A stretch of 64,000 bases of DNA from Calditrichales bacterium (lineage in GTDB: Bacteria > Calditrichota > Calditrichia > Calditrichales > J004). How positions within the stretch are numbered: position 1 is the stretch's first letter; every line of letters begins with the position of its first letter. Below are positions 19,138 to 28,112 of the stretch, piece by piece. Location of the stretch: the NCBI GenBank assembly GCA_965267575.1, contig OZ254086.1:736001-800000 (forward strand), given 5' to 3'. The notes under the pieces are model-generated. The model had not been told where the DNA came from. It saw only the letters and a list, made by a program, of their open reading frames with translations, and did not search any database. The translations under genes were made by a program, and so were the position numbers.

Positions 19138-21129
19138 ATGTGTGGAATCGCCGGCTGTTTTAACCTTACAACACAAATAACTCCCCGGCAAGCTGCGATG
19201 AAAGCCATGATCTCGGCGATGTATCATCGGGGGCCGGACGAATACGGTCTTTTTTTTGATGGCCCCTTTGCGATGGGCATGTCCCGCCTGAGCATTATTG
19301 ATCTTTCCGGTGGCAGCCAACCCATCTCTAACGAAGATGAGACGTTATGGATTACGTTTAACGGCGAAATTTTTAATTACGTTGAATTGCAGGAGCAGCT
19401 GCGCGCAGCAGGCCATCACTTTAAAACCGGTTCCGATACGGAATGTATAATTCACTTGTATGAAGAGTTTGGAGAGGACTTTGTCCAACACTTAAACGGC
19501 CAGTTTGCGATTGCCATTTGGGATACACAAAAGCAGGAACTGCTGCTGGCGCGCGATCGTGTAGGTATCCGTCCGCTATATTACGGCTTTACCGATGGTG
19601 TCTTTCTTTTTGCCTCGGAAGCAAAAGCCCTGTTCGCTTCAGACGCTATTTCAGCCGCTTTTGACACGGAAGGTTTGAGACACATTTTCAGCTATTGGGT
19701 TAACCTGCCCGGCACAACCTGCTACAAAAACATTAAAGAGGTACAACCCGGTCACCTTTTGAAAGTATCGCCCGCCGGTATCAATGAACGGTCATACTGG
19801 TCGTTGCCCTTCCCCGAAGACAAACATTTTCACAACGTCAGTACATCAGAGTTAAAGCAACAATTAAATGATCTTTTGATCGACGCAACGCGTCTGCGTC
19901 TGCGCGCCGATGTACCCGTGGCTGCCTATCTCAGCGGCGGACTGGACTCGTCGATCATCTGTGCCCTGGTCAAAAAATACCACGTCAATGATCTGCTTAC
20001 TTTTTCCGTGGCGTTTAAAGATGCCGGTTATGATGAGCGTTCCTATCAAAAAATGATGGCCGATCATCTGGGCACACACCACACCATGATTGAAGTAGAC
20101 AACAACGATATTGCCGAGGCTTTTATAAAAGCGGTTTGGTTTTCCGAAAAGCCGATGATCCGCACGGCGCCTGCCCCGTTGCTGGCGCTTTCCGGCCTTG
20201 TGCGCCAAAACAATATCAAAGTGGTTCTTACAGGTGAAGGCGCCGACGAGATGTTTGGCGGATATAACATTTTCAAGGAGGACAAAATCCGCCGCTTCTG
20301 GGCACGGCATCCGGAATCGCAATGGCGACCGCTTTTGCTGGCCCGGCTCTATCCCTACGTTTTGGGCGACAACAGCCGCTTGAACGGATTCTGGCAGGCG
20401 TTTTTTAAGAAGAATCTTGAAGAGACAGATTTGCCGTGGTATTCGCACAGTCTGCGCTGGACCAACATGCAGCAAATGCGGCTTTTTATAAGCGATGGCC
20501 TTAAAGAGCAGTTCAATGAAAAAACGGCTGAGGACCTCGCCCCGTTTCTGCCCAAAAATTTCAAAAACTGGCACCCCCTGAACAAAGCCCAATTTCTGGA
20601 GATAACTCTCTTTATGAGCGGCTACCTGCTTTCATCCCAGGGAGACCGGATGATGATGGGCAATTCCGTGGAAGGACGCTTTCCCTTCCTGGACTACCGG
20701 GTTATGGAATGGGCGGCCAAGCTGCCACCGCAACTTAAAATCAACGGGCTGGATGAAAAGCACCTGCTGAAAAAAACATTCGCGGACATAATTCCCGAAG
20801 CTATTGCGAAACGCCCCAAACAACCTTACCGCGCACCGATCCGTGATGTATTTCTTACACCCGGTACGCCTGAACAGATTTGTTATGTTTTGGATGAACA
20901 GCGCTTGCGTTCTTACGGCTATTTTAACCCGTCTGCGGTTAAGCGCCTTGTGCAAAAACTTAAGAAGCCGGGAGTCCCTGCGGCCGCCCGCGATGAAATG
21001 GCGCTTACGGCAATAGTTTCCCAGCAGCTTCTGCATTACCAGATGATAGAAAACAGGCAAATGCATCACTTTCGTTTGCCGGAAAAATGTAAATTAATTG
21101 ATCTGAACAAAAAGAAGATTCCATCTTAA
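19138..21129 (+). CDS. asnB: Asparagine synthase (glutamine-hydrolysing)-like amidotransferase
   Basis: MCGIAG Ntn Cys, HRGPD, RLSIID, NGEIFN, SDTE, LSGGLDSS, TGEGADE, RFPFLD, KQPY. Confidence 0.92.
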   Translation: MCGIAGCFNLTTQITPRQAAMKAMISAMYHRGPDEYGLFFDGPFAMGMSRLSIIDLSGGSQPISNEDETLWITFNGEIFNYVELQEQLRAAGHHFKTGSDTECIIHLYEEFGEDFVQHLNGQFAIAIWDTQKQELLLARDRVGIRPLYYGFTDGVFLFASEAKALFASDAISAAFDTEGLRHIFSYWVNLPGTTCYKNIKEVQPGHLLKVSPAGINERSYWSLPFPEDKHFHNVSTSELKQQLNDLLIDATRLRLRADVPVAAYLSGGLDSSIICALVKKYHVNDLLTFSVAFKDAGYDERSYQKMMADHLGTHHTMIEVDNNDIAEAFIKAVWFSEKPMIRTAPAPLLALSGLVRQNNIKVVLTGEGADEMFGGYNIFKEDKIRRFWARHPESQWRPLLLARLYPYVLGDNSRLNGFWQAFFKKNLEETDLPWYSHSLRWTNMQQMRLFISDGLKEQFNEKTAEDLAPFLPKNFKNWHPLNKAQFLEITLFMSGYLLSSQGDRMMMGNSVEGRFPFLDYRVMEWAAKLPPQLKINGLDEKHLLKKTFADIIPEAIAKRPKQPYRAPIRDVFLTPGTPEQICYVLDEQRLRSYGYFNPSAVKRLVQKLKKPGVPAAARDEMALTAIVSQQLLHYQMIENRQMHHFRLPEKCKLIDLNKKKIPS

Positions 21130-21142
21130 CGAGGATAACACT

Positions 21143-22114
21143 ATGGCTGACTTACGTGAAATGATGCGCATTGACGCCGCAAAGGAAACGGAAAATATAT
21201 GCCGGCAGATGCGTGAAATTACAGCAAAGGAGATGCATAAAAGAGGAGCGGTTGTTGGTATCAGCGGTGGTATTGATTCCAGCGTTTGCCTGGCACTGGC
21301 CGCCAAGGCATTCGGCCCCAAAAAGGTTTTGGGCATTGCCATGCCGGAAGCAGACTCCAATCCGGACAGCGCTGTTCTGGCACGACAACTGGCACACACC
21401 TATGGCGTCGATTATATCGTTGAAAACATCACACCGGCTTTGGCTGGATTTGGCACCTACCAAAGACGCGATGAAGCCATAAAACGCGTATTCCCGGAAT
21501 TTGATGAAACCTATAAAGCAAAGATCGTGCTGCCCACCAACGTGCTGGAAAAGGATACGCTGAATGTATTTTACCTGACGATCATTTCGCCGGAAGGAGA
21601 TGAAAAGACCGAACGTATTCCGCTGAAAGAGTATTTGCAGATTGTGGCCGCTTCCAACTTCAAACAGCGCAGCCGCATGTCCATGCTCTACTACCACGCC
21701 GACCGGCTGAACTATATCGTTGTGGGAACAGGCAACAAAAACGAGCACGATCAGGGATTTTTTGTTAAATATGGCGATGGTGGCGCTGACATCAAGGCGA
21801 TCGCCCACCTTTATAAAACGCAGGTGTACCAGCTGGCCGAATACCTCGGCGTACCAAAGGAAATCCGCGAGCGCACGCCAACCACCGATACCTACAGCGC
21901 CGAATGTACGCAGGAAGAATTCTTTTTCCGCGTCTCCTTTGAGGTTGGCGACCTGGTTACGCTGGCAATGGAAAAAGGAATCTCCAATGAAGAAACGGCG
22001 CGCCAGCTTGAGTTGAGCGTTGAGCAGGTTGAAAACATTCAAAACGATGTAAAAAGAAAAATGAAAACAGCGGAATACCTGAAAGCCGCGCCCGTACATT
22101 TAGATCTCGCATAA
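21143..22114 (+). CDS. nadE: NAD+ synthase-like N-type ATP pyrophosphatase (no glutaminase domain)
   Basis: GISGGIDSS, NFKQRSRM, GTGNKNE, GFFVKYGDG, LYKTQVYQLA, PTTD. Confidence 0.8.
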   Translation: MADLREMMRIDAAKETENICRQMREITAKEMHKRGAVVGISGGIDSSVCLALAAKAFGPKKVLGIAMPEADSNPDSAVLARQLAHTYGVDYIVENITPALAGFGTYQRRDEAIKRVFPEFDETYKAKIVLPTNVLEKDTLNVFYLTIISPEGDEKTERIPLKEYLQIVAASNFKQRSRMSMLYYHADRLNYIVVGTGNKNEHDQGFFVKYGDGGADIKAIAHLYKTQVYQLAEYLGVPKEIRERTPTTDTYSAECTQEEFFFRVSFEVGDLVTLAMEKGISNEETARQLELSVEQVENIQNDVKRKMKTAEYLKAAPVHLDLA

Positions 22115-22127
22115 GGAGGAAAAAAAC

Positions 22128-22388
22128 ATGGAAGATATTAAACAAGTCGTACGTGAATTCATTGTTGAAAATTTTTTGTTCGGCGATGACAGTGTTAATT
22201 TTTCAGAAGAGGAATCGCTGATGGATCGCGGATTGATTGATTCAACCGGCATTCTGGAATTGATCACCTTTCTGGAAGAAAAATACAATATTAAGGTCGA
22301 TAATGACGAGATCTATCCGGAAAACCTCGATTCCCTGAACAATATTGAACATTTCATGAAGGACAAAATCAAAGCGGTTACGGCCTGA
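22128..22388 (+). CDS. Acyl carrier protein
   Basis: 86 aa, acidic; GLIDSTGILELI phosphopantetheine Ser; PENLDS; AGGAGG RBS. Confidence 0.9.
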   Translation: MEDIKQVVREFIVENFLFGDDSVNFSEEESLMDRGLIDSTGILELITFLEEKYNIKVDNDEIYPENLDSLNNIEHFMKDKIKAVTA

Positions 22389-22392
22389 AATT

Positions 22393-23691
22393 ATGTTTAA
22401 GAGGCGCGATTTTTTAAAAGCCATGGGTATTCTGGGGGGTACCGTTTTTCTTAAAAAAGCTGAAGCTTTCAGTGATACGATCAAAACGGGACAGCAGCGG
22501 CCGTTTCCGCCACAAAACGAAACGGACCTTTATCACGTTCATGGCACCTCCCCGGAAAAGCTTACCGCGGCGCTGCTTGAAATGCAGGGTGGGCTGGATC
22601 GTCTTATTGATAAAAACGATATCGTTGTTCTTAAGGTGAACAGCCAGTGGTGGTACCAGGGCATGACCAACACCGATGTGCTGGCTGCTTTTATTCAACA
22701 GGTACTGGATATGCCGGGCTTTGACGGCGAGATCATCATCGCCGATAACCACCAGGCCGGTACGCCGGATGCCCGTGCCTGGACCACCGATAAACGCAAC
22801 GGCCGTTTTAATTACAACGAGTTGATAGAATACTTCCAGCAAAAGGGCCATAAAAACGTCACCAAATATCACTGGCACCCGGCCGGGCCAAATCCTTCGC
22901 CCCTGCAATTTGACGGCAGCGGTAACGCCATCCGCCGCGACGTGTCCGAAGGTGACGGTTATATCTGGGACGAGTCTTTGTTTTACGAATGTCCCCACGG
23001 CAACCGCACTGTTCTGGCCTGGCCCGTGTTTACATCGGCTTATAGCGGCACACGCGTGGACCTTAAAAACGGCGCCTGGAAAGAGGGTGAATTCACAGGA
23101 CAACCTGTCAAACTGATAAATTTTTCGGCTATTAATCATCACAGCGGTTATGCGGGCATAACCGCATCAATAAAGAACTTTATGGGCGTGGTGGACATGA
23201 GCTGCGGCTACCCCGGCCCCACTCCGGCGGGCACATTCAACACACACCATGTGGGGGCCTCCTGGCTTTTCCGTCAGCTGGCGCCTTACAAGGACGTGCT
23301 GAAAAAGATACCCGGATTCTACGCCGTTTATCTGCATCCGGATGTGTTCCGTTTCCGCTATACCGGCGGCGTTTTGGGCCGCTACATGCGCGAGGTACGC
23401 CGGGCGGACCTCAACATCATCACGGCGATACGCATTGGCTGGGGCGCGCGGATTGAAACTGACAAAGCGTCGGAAACCAACGCGCTCATCGCATCGACAG
23501 ACCCTGTTGCCCTGGATTATTGGGGCGCCAAACACTTGCTGTTGAAGGCAACCGTGGAAGCCGGCGCCGGAGAGCAGCTTAGGCAACTGAACGATCCGGA
23601 CAATGCGGACGGCCCGTTCCACAGTTTTCTGCAGGAATGTCGCCGCGAACTGGGCGGAACAATCGACGAGAGATTAATAAAGGTTCAATAG
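22393..23691 (+). CDS. Tat-exported DUF362-like protein
   Basis: KRRDFLK twin-arginine signal; D.VVLKVN, TN.DV, H...GITASIKNFMG, STDPVALD motifs. Confidence 0.72.
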   Translation: MFKRRDFLKAMGILGGTVFLKKAEAFSDTIKTGQQRPFPPQNETDLYHVHGTSPEKLTAALLEMQGGLDRLIDKNDIVVLKVNSQWWYQGMTNTDVLAAFIQQVLDMPGFDGEIIIADNHQAGTPDARAWTTDKRNGRFNYNELIEYFQQKGHKNVTKYHWHPAGPNPSPLQFDGSGNAIRRDVSEGDGYIWDESLFYECPHGNRTVLAWPVFTSAYSGTRVDLKNGAWKEGEFTGQPVKLINFSAINHHSGYAGITASIKNFMGVVDMSCGYPGPTPAGTFNTHHVGASWLFRQLAPYKDVLKKIPGFYAVYLHPDVFRFRYTGGVLGRYMREVRRADLNIITAIRIGWGARIETDKASETNALIASTDPVALDYWGAKHLLLKATVEAGAGEQLRQLNDPDNADGPFHSFLQECRRELGGTIDERLIKVQ

Positions 23692-23720
23692 AAACGGGTT
23701 TCTTAAATGATGGAGGGATC

Positions 23721-24374
23721 ATGGTGCAAAAGATAAGGAAGTTTTTTGCCATGCCCTGGCCGGCAATGCTCAAACAGATTTTTGGCTTCCTGCCGCTGAG
23801 CTGCCTGGCCTGGCTTTATATTGTGGAAATTGACGATCCGGGCAAGAAGAAACTGCGTTCCCGTTTTGACGGGCAGCTTAGCTGGGCCACGCCGGCGGAA
23901 CTGCCCATTTTGGATAAGATCCAGGATAAGCACAGGATTTTTGAAGAGCGCTTCCGCCATGGCGACCTGTGCCTGCTTGTGCGCGACAAAGAGGGAAACC
24001 CCCTGGCTTATGAATGGTTCTGTGACGGGCGCCGTTACCACGAATCAAAATATGACTTTGACATTGATATCCCGCAGGATGCGCTGTACGCCTATGATGC
24101 GTTTGTTAAACCGGAAGCGCGGATGATGGGCATTTGGTATGAAATCCGTCATTATATGGGCGACTGGATGAAGGAACACGAGAAAAAGCGCCTGATCAGT
24201 TTTGTGGAATTTGGCAACTGGAACAGCCTGAACGTCCATCTGCGTTATGGATTTACACTGAAAGAGCGTATGCGAATCTTTAAGCTTCTGGGAATGAAAA
24301 AAATAACCCACGAACAAATAAAGCATTCACCGGAGATTGTGCGCGCCCTGCTTAACGAACATAAGCTGGTCTAA
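23721..24374 (+). CDS. Putative GNAT-family acyltransferase
   Basis: GGAGGG RBS before ATG 23721; YAYDAFVKPEARMMGI, N.NSL..H..YGF motifs. Confidence 0.65.
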   Translation: MVQKIRKFFAMPWPAMLKQIFGFLPLSCLAWLYIVEIDDPGKKKLRSRFDGQLSWATPAELPILDKIQDKHRIFEERFRHGDLCLLVRDKEGNPLAYEWFCDGRRYHESKYDFDIDIPQDALYAYDAFVKPEARMMGIWYEIRHYMGDWMKEHEKKRLISFVEFGNWNSLNVHLRYGFTLKERMRIFKLLGMKKITHEQIKHSPEIVRALLNEHKLV

Positions 24375-25021
24375 AGAAGCAAGTGCTCCAGCTCGCGGCT
24401 GTCTTTTACAATGACCGCGGCACCGGCTTTTTCCAGTTCTTTACGACTTCGAAATCCCCATAAAACACCAATGGGATGCATACCGGCATTAACGGCCGTT
24501 TGCATGTCAACGGAAGTATCTCCGACAAAAGCAATTTCTTCAGGCTTCAGGCCCCATTCGCCGGCCATCTCCAAGGCAGCAGACGGATCGGGCTTTGCCG
24601 GCCGGCCCTCAATCAAACCATGCACCCGCGAAAAGCGCGCGGGGAAATAATGCTCCACGCAATGCTGCGAAAAGTCGTGCGGCTTGTTGGACAGAATGGC
24701 CAGGGGCAGGCCGTGGTTTTTTAATTTATCCAACAGCGCCGGTATGCCATCGTAGGGCTGCGTGCGGTTATTCCAGTTTTTGTTGTAATGCTCGCGGAAA
24801 TCTTCCACCAGCGCGTCCACCTGTGGATCGGAATCATCAAGACCGGAGCAGCGCTGCATTAAAACTCTTACACCGTTGCCTACAAAGTTCTTGTAGAATT
24901 TTTCCGAATAATCATCAAAGCCGTGGTCGCGCAGAACGGCGTTGGCCGAACCGGCGATATCCGTCAATGTATTCAGAAGCGTTCCGTCCAGATCGAATAT
25001 TACCGCTTTTGGCTTGTTCAT
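24371..25021 (-). CDS. HAD-family hydrolase (phosphoglycolate phosphatase-like)
   Basis: FDLDGTL, LSNK, KPDP, VGDTSVD, GVLWGF. Confidence 0.9.
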   Translation of the reverse strand: MNKPKAVIFDLDGTLLNTLTDIAGSANAVLRDHGFDDYSEKFYKNFVGNGVRVLMQRCSGLDDSDPQVDALVEDFREHYNKNWNNRTQPYDGIPALLDKLKNHGLPLAILSNKPHDFSQHCVEHYFPARFSRVHGLIEGRPAKPDPSAALEMAGEWGLKPEEIAFVGDTSVDMQTAVNAGMHPIGVLWGFRSRKELEKAGAAVIVKDSRELEHLLL

Positions 25022-25464
25022 TTTTGTGTGCTCACGTAAGTCAGGATGTCGAGGACCTGTTGCTCGTTGCGGGCCACGGCCATTGCCGCGGCATCCACCT
25101 CTTTCAGCGCGTGGTCGAATTCTTCGGGATGAATGACAATTATCTTGGCGCCAAGCGCCGCGGCATATCCGGCATCAAAAGCGGCATTCCACTGGCGGTA
25201 TTTTTCGCCAAACTTGACAATGACAATATCGGCACGCTCGATGGCACTGCGGATGCGCATGGCATTTATTTTGGCCGCTTTGTGGTCTTTCCAGAAGCTG
25301 TCGCTCTCCTCACCCAGAATATTGACGCCCACGGTATCGCTGGCATCATGCTCGGTGACCGGTGCCAGCACATCGACCGGCAGCTCTTTTTGCCGGATGC
25401 CGTCGATCAGCTCGTTGCGCCAGTTGGAATGAATCTCTCCGGAAAGGTAAACAGTGAAATGCAT
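25018..25464 (-). CDS. YtoQ family protein
   Basis: VYLSGEIHSNWR, H.ASD, FWKDHKAAKIN, FGEKYRQWNAAFDAG, HALKEVD. Confidence 0.85.
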   Translation of the reverse strand: MHFTVYLSGEIHSNWRNELIDGIRQKELPVDVLAPVTEHDASDTVGVNILGEESDSFWKDHKAAKINAMRIRSAIERADIVIVKFGEKYRQWNAAFDAGYAAALGAKIIVIHPEEFDHALKEVDAAAMAVARNEQQVLDILTYVSTQK

Positions 25465-25480
25465 AATACTCCTTCATCAA

Positions 25481-26386
25481 TCAGGTTGTAAAAAAGGCGA
25501 CAAAAAACAAAATCGCCCTGTAAGCGATCAATATATAATAAAATGTGAGTGTTAAAAGAAACGCCTTTAATGCCGCGGAAATTTTCCCCTGGTTGAACGC
25601 CCTTCGTAAAGCCGCAAACAGGTAGAAAAGTAAAAGCATAAACGCGGTAAATGTGAGAACGGATTCGTTTGACAGATAAAAGCGAGTGCGCATTCCGCTT
25701 AAAGAATTCCAGAAAACAGAAATACTTTCCAAAAAGGAAAGCCCGAAAATTGCATGCCAGATATTAATCAAAATGCTTAAAAAAACTATAGCCACAATGA
25801 CGGCTGTTAAGGTGTATGCAAAAAAATGCGAAGAAAAAACCAGTGAGCGGATGAAGAACTCGCTTTTGCGGCGGACCAGTATATGAAGCGCAAAAGCGAA
25901 CGGGGGCACCATGATGAAAATCAGCGTTTTTGATTGGGTATCGGCCACGCGGTTAAACAAAGCCGAATAGTCCGAAAAACTCGTTTCACGGCTTTCGATT
26001 TCCTCGCTAACCATCTCACCAGCCAGCTCTTTGTGCCAGAAATTGCCACTGCTTAGGTGCGACTGAAGTGGTGTATTAAAGGTTTGGACAATACCGAAGC
26101 TGGCCAGCAAAAAATAAAACACGTTGGCAATCAGAAAAACCTGTACCGGCTTAAGATAGTTTTTGCGTCGTCCGGCCATATACTCCGAAGTAAGAGTACC
26201 GGGCTTTGTGTAAAGCAATCTGCATGTGCTAAAAAAATTGCCATTGAGGTTGGTCATTCCCTCGAAAATATGCTTAAAAAAGTGGCTGATCGTATAGTCG
26301 GAGCGTTGAAGTCTTTTTTCTCCGCAATGGTGACAATAATATCCCTTTAGGGCGCGGCCACAGCTGGCACAGTGCATTTCCTCCAA
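25481..26386 (-). CDS. DUF3667-domain membrane protein
   Basis: N-terminal CxxC...CxxCG zinc knuckle, KPG.LT.EY..GRR..Y.KP, several TM helices; AAGGAG RBS before TTG. Confidence 0.8.
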   Translation of the reverse strand: MEEMHCASCGRALKGYYCHHCGEKRLQRSDYTISHFFKHIFEGMTNLNGNFFSTCRLLYTKPGTLTSEYMAGRRKNYLKPVQVFLIANVFYFLLASFGIVQTFNTPLQSHLSSGNFWHKELAGEMVSEEIESRETSFSDYSALFNRVADTQSKTLIFIMVPPFAFALHILVRRKSEFFIRSLVFSSHFFAYTLTAVIVAIVFLSILINIWHAIFGLSFLESISVFWNSLSGMRTRFYLSNESVLTFTAFMLLLFYLFAALRRAFNQGKISAALKAFLLTLTFYYILIAYRAILFFVAFFTT

Positions 26387-26437
26387 AGCGGTACTCCTTT
26401 AGGCCTGAACTTGGAGAAAGCTATGACGTCCACTCAT

Positions 26438-28087
26438 TCAACGCAATAAAAGCAGTTTTTGGGTAGCAATAAACCCGCCGCTGCGCAGGTGCAGATAGTA
26501 AACACCGCTGGCAAGATCTTCGGCATTCAGCGAAAGGGTGTGCTCGCCCGCCGCCATGTCGCCGCTGTGCAGCTCCTTAACCCGGCTGCCGCGGTTGTCA
26601 AAAACGGATATACGGGTAAACTGCTGCCGCGGCAAAAAAAAACGTATCCGCGTTTGCGGGTTAAATGGATTGGGATAAGCGGGATAAAGCATGGTCTTGC
26701 GTGGTACCCGTGGAGTCTCTTTCTCCAGGGAAGTAACAAAGCGGTTGTTTAAGTTGTAGCGGGCAGACGCATCAATGAAGTGCAGACGCGCCCCTGCTAT
26801 GCCGCAATAGTTGGTGGGCTCGAAGCCGTTAACACCAAACCAGGCGGCGCCGTATGTCTCCAGAACGTAGAGAATTTTGTCGCTTTTAATGTCACCATTG
26901 GGCGATACCGCGATGCTGTTATTGTTATCGGCCCAGATAACGGTCAAGCCCGGGTTTTCTGTTGCCGCCCACATGCCGCCCACGAAGCGGTTTTCGTAGT
27001 AGTCATTATCATCATACAACTGTGGGATGATTACCGTACCGGGGATGGTGCTGTTACCCTCCTGCCAGCGCAGATTGCCGTTCCAGGCATTCAGCTCGCT
27101 GCCGGTCAGGCGGCGCACATCCACGTCTCCCAGCGCCGTTAGCGATGCATCCGATCCATTCAATACCGTATCAGGATAGGTAAACGTTGGCGGCTCAACC
27201 CAGGCATAGGCATCCATGTACTCTCCGCCATCCAACACCTGGCGGCTGTTCAAATCATACACGGCGCCGTGCACCAACTGGTCAAAACCGATATGTGTGA
27301 AAAGCACAGGCTTACCGGCTTCGGCTTTAACCACAGAGTTTTCCGTTTTATAAAGGATTGTGACCGTGCCGTGACCCCAGGCGGTTGCTCTGCCATCCGG
27401 CTCAATGCACAGGGCGGTTTTATCAGCCACACCTATGCCGGTGATGTTGTCGTCGCCATCGTCCTGGATGCGCTGGGCCAGCATAGGCACAAGTCGACCC
27501 ATCCGTCCGCGTGAGTGAAAATGCGAGTCGGTCAGGATATCCGGCAGGATGTGCAGAAAGTCATCTTCCAGGTGGATGTCAGGATGGTAGGCATTATAGG
27601 CCGCCTGCTCGGGATAAGAAGATCCGAATTTTGCATCGAACACCACGTCGCCCAAAACGGCCAGTCCGGCGCTGGTGCCGCCAATAGCGCCTCCTTTGCT
27701 GAATACATAATGGATGGCCTCTCCGACAAGCGTGCCTTTCCAGTTGCTCACATAATCATACTGGTCCCCGCCTTCCATAAAAATGCCGCCGGCTTCGATC
27801 AGCTTTTTGTAAACCGAAGAATCATTGGCCTCCGTGCGGTTGCTTATCTGCAGGGCTTCGGCATCGGACGCGCCCAGCGATTTGAAATAGGACGGGTACC
27901 AGTCGCTGGCACTGCTGGCATCAATGTTGATGATCTTGCCGGAATCGGCCTGCTGCACAAACCAGCCATACGGTATGTCCGACCAGCTGCCATAATCCTC
28001 CGCGCCGCCGCCAACCAGCAAAGCCGAACCCTGCGCCCATAGCTGAGATGTGCCCAATAAAGCGATCAGAAATAATTTTTTAAACAT
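26438..28087 (-). CDS. Secreted cyanophycinase-like (peptidase S51) protein with C-terminal sorting domain
   Basis: Start re-placed to ATG 28087 (MFKKLFLIALLG signal peptide); LVGGG, MEGGDQ, GGTSAG, DSHF..RGRMGRL; YPNPFNP CTD. Confidence 0.82.
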   Translation of the reverse strand: MFKKLFLIALLGTSQLWAQGSALLVGGGAEDYGSWSDIPYGWFVQQADSGKIINIDASSASDWYPSYFKSLGASDAEALQISNRTEANDSSVYKKLIEAGGIFMEGGDQYDYVSNWKGTLVGEAIHYVFSKGGAIGGTSAGLAVLGDVVFDAKFGSSYPEQAAYNAYHPDIHLEDDFLHILPDILTDSHFHSRGRMGRLVPMLAQRIQDDGDDNITGIGVADKTALCIEPDGRATAWGHGTVTILYKTENSVVKAEAGKPVLFTHIGFDQLVHGAVYDLNSRQVLDGGEYMDAYAWVEPPTFTYPDTVLNGSDASLTALGDVDVRRLTGSELNAWNGNLRWQEGNSTIPGTVIIPQLYDDNDYYENRFVGGMWAATENPGLTVIWADNNNSIAVSPNGDIKSDKILYVLETYGAAWFGVNGFEPTNYCGIAGARLHFIDASARYNLNNRFVTSLEKETPRVPRKTMLYPAYPNPFNPQTRIRFFLPRQQFTRISVFDNRGSRVKELHSGDMAAGEHTLSLNAEDLASGVYYLHLRSGGFIATQKLLLLR

Positions 28088-28112
28088 AACTATACTCCAC
28101 TTCAACGATCTC

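Noticed and set aside
21152-22099. 315-aa ORF antisense to the NadE-like gene
   Set aside because: Codon-bias shadow ORF with no domain signature
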